From the NCBI GenBank assembly GCA_963741325.1, contig CAVUHJ010000002.1:59373-123372 (forward strand): 64,000 nucleotides of DNA, read 5' to 3'. A program made the translations under genes and the position numbers. Numbering within the stretch: position 1 is the first letter of the stretch; each line of letters begins with the position of its first letter. Shown here piece by piece: positions 62,614 through 64,000 of this stretch. This DNA is from an uncultured Chloroflexia bacterium. GTDB taxonomy: Bacteria > Chloroflexota > Anaerolineae > Anaerolineales > Villigracilaceae. Below the pieces are notes generated by a model that saw only the letters and a program-made list of their open reading frames with translations, made no database searches and was not told the origin of the DNA.

Positions 62614-63306
62614 TCAAAAATCCTTCCGCCCGTTCTTTCTCAGCCACTTGTTGTACTCCTTGTAATCCGGCAGTATCTTTTCCACCTTCTTCCAAAATCG
62701 TTTCGAGTGATTATGGACGGCAGTGTGTACCAGTTCATGGATGATCACAGAGTCAACCACATCGATCGGGGTCAGGATCAAGCGCCATGAGAAGCTAAGG
62801 TTACCGGTCGGGCTGCACGAGCCCCAGCGTGTCCGGGCCGAGCTGATGCGGATCTTCCCATATTGAAAATCGTATCTTGCGGCGAACAGGGCTGCGTGCT
62901 CGCCTATGATCTGCCGGGCCTGCTTCCGATACCAATCCTGAAATGCCTGTCCGGCATTCCCCTGCGCCCCCTCTGCAAGTTTGAAATTACCATCCAGCCA
63001 CAAAGGCTTCTTCTGGCCTTTTACTATTTCGAGCGCATAGGGCTGACCCAGGTAAAGGAAGGTCTCACCCGGGATGTATTGTTTGGCCGGGGAGGTAACC
63101 ACGACACGCGCCTGCGCCTGCTTTTTCTCGATCCACAATGCGTGGCTGTCCACAAACTCACGGATCGTTTTCTCGGGAGTCCGGAGAGGCGTGCGGACGA
63201 TCAACGAACCGTCGTTCTCGACGATCAACGTCAGAGTCCTGCGTTTACTGCGAATGAGCTGGTTGATCTCAACCGGCATTTTTATATCTTCGTTTCTGCT
63301 GTACAT
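62614..63306 (-). CDS. YgjP-like (DUF45/M48-type) metal-dependent hydrolase
   Basis: Intact 230 aa; ..RTRWGSCSPTGNLSFSWRLILTPIDVVDSVIIHELVHTAVHNHSKRFW.. HExxH. Confidence 0.7.
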   Translation of the reverse strand: MYSRNEDIKMPVEINQLIRSKRRTLTLIVENDGSLIVRTPLRTPEKTIREFVDSHALWIEKKQAQARVVVTSPAKQYIPGETFLYLGQPYALEIVKGQKKPLWLDGNFKLAEGAQGNAGQAFQDWYRKQARQIIGEHAALFAARYDFQYGKIRISSARTRWGSCSPTGNLSFSWRLILTPIDVVDSVIIHELVHTAVHNHSKRFWKKVEKILPDYKEYNKWLRKNGRKDF

Positions 63307-63314
63307 TAACTGGT

Positions 63315-63416
63315 GTCATTGCGAGCCGCCGTTCTTGTTTTTGGCGGCGTGGCAATCTCAGAATGCATTCAAGTACGAGATTGCTTCGTCGGGAAGAGCA
63401 CCCTTCTCGCAATGAC
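63315..63416. repeat. GTCATTGCGAG..CTCGCAATGAC palindromic repeat (copy R3)
   Basis: GTCATTGCGAGCCGCCGTTCTTGTTTTTGGCGGCGTGGCAATC..GAGATTGCTTCGTCGGG..CTCGCAATGAC. Confidence 0.8.
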
Positions 63417-63432
63417 AACCAATGGATGCAAG

Positions 63433-64000
63433 TTATTTCCTATCCTTGTGCGCAACATCGATGGCAGCTTTCAAATGCTCCCAGGGAGTTTCGCTGGGCA
63501 CCGTGCAGTCCGCCGCCAGCATGAAGCGCTCGGGCGCCTCTGCCAGGACATCTGTTGCGGCCTTGCGGACCGCATCCAGGCTGCCGGTGGCGATCGTGCC
63601 TTTGCGTTCCAGCCCGCCCATGAAGGGCCGCCCGAACATCTGCGAGGCTTCTTTGGGGCTCATGGTCCGTTCGCCCAGCTTCAGGCTGCAGTTGACCATC
63701 TGGCCGGGATAATCCAGGAAGGGCGTCAGGTCGTCGTACCCGCCGTTGTAGTCGCAGACGTGCAGGATGTTGAACGGATCGTTCTTGATCTCGGCCCACA
63801 CCGTCAGGTCGGTGGGCTTGATGTACTTCTGGAAGATGTCGGTGCCCTTGAAACGGAAGGCTTCGCCGCCCTGGGTGGACACATAGAACCCGTCCACACC
63901 GGCGCTGCTTGCAGGCGCGCACCAGGGTCACGACGTTTTCGGTCAGGATCTCCAGTCCCTTTTTCACGGCCTCGGGATTTTCCTTCAGATGCGCGGCCAG
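63433..64000 (-). CDS. Uroporphyrinogen-decarboxylase-family protein (MtaA/CmuA-like), 5' end outside window; frame broken near 63900
   Basis: ..GVDGFYVSTQGG..HVCDYNGGYDDL..MLAADCTVPSETPWEHLKAAIDV.. Confidence 0.55.

Overview
This is 64 kb of a bacterial chromosome at roughly 58-60% GC. Gene content and repeat types suggest a Chloroflexota/Anaerolineae-like organism, at low confidence. The conserved backbone includes recO, cdd, glmU, tRNA-Gln and two two-component systems. A 14.5 kb minus-strand cluster encodes LysW-carrier (alpha-aminoadipate) lysine biosynthesis: hcs, hacA, hacB, hicdh, a LysX-like ligase, argG, argH, lysW, lysX, lysY, lysZ, lysJ and lysK. Main observations, all read by eye: (1) Small accessory cassettes are repeatedly bracketed by 120-350 bp imperfect direct repeats that copy the end of the adjacent host gene. 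This occurs at the lysK 3' end (3 copies), at a DUF4332-type gene 3' end plus terminator (2 copies), and at the Nramp gene 5' end (2 copies). The only recombinase-like gene in the window is one IS transposase. (2) Two look-alike units of promoter, short leader ORF and terminator sit in front of hcs and argG. (3) argGH and a second LysX paralogue lie inside the lysine cluster, and the homocitrate synthase carries a RAM-like tail. (4) A ~3.4 kb gene combines a vWA ectodomain, nine Leu-rich TM helices and a DUF4332-like domain. (5) Several families of dispersed palindromic repeats are present, including one apparent filled-versus-empty insertion site. Caveat: more than 50 apparent single-nucleotide frame breaks hit about 27 genes, essential ones included. 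I read these as probable sequence errors, so affected genes are reported as CDS and their coordinates are approximate.
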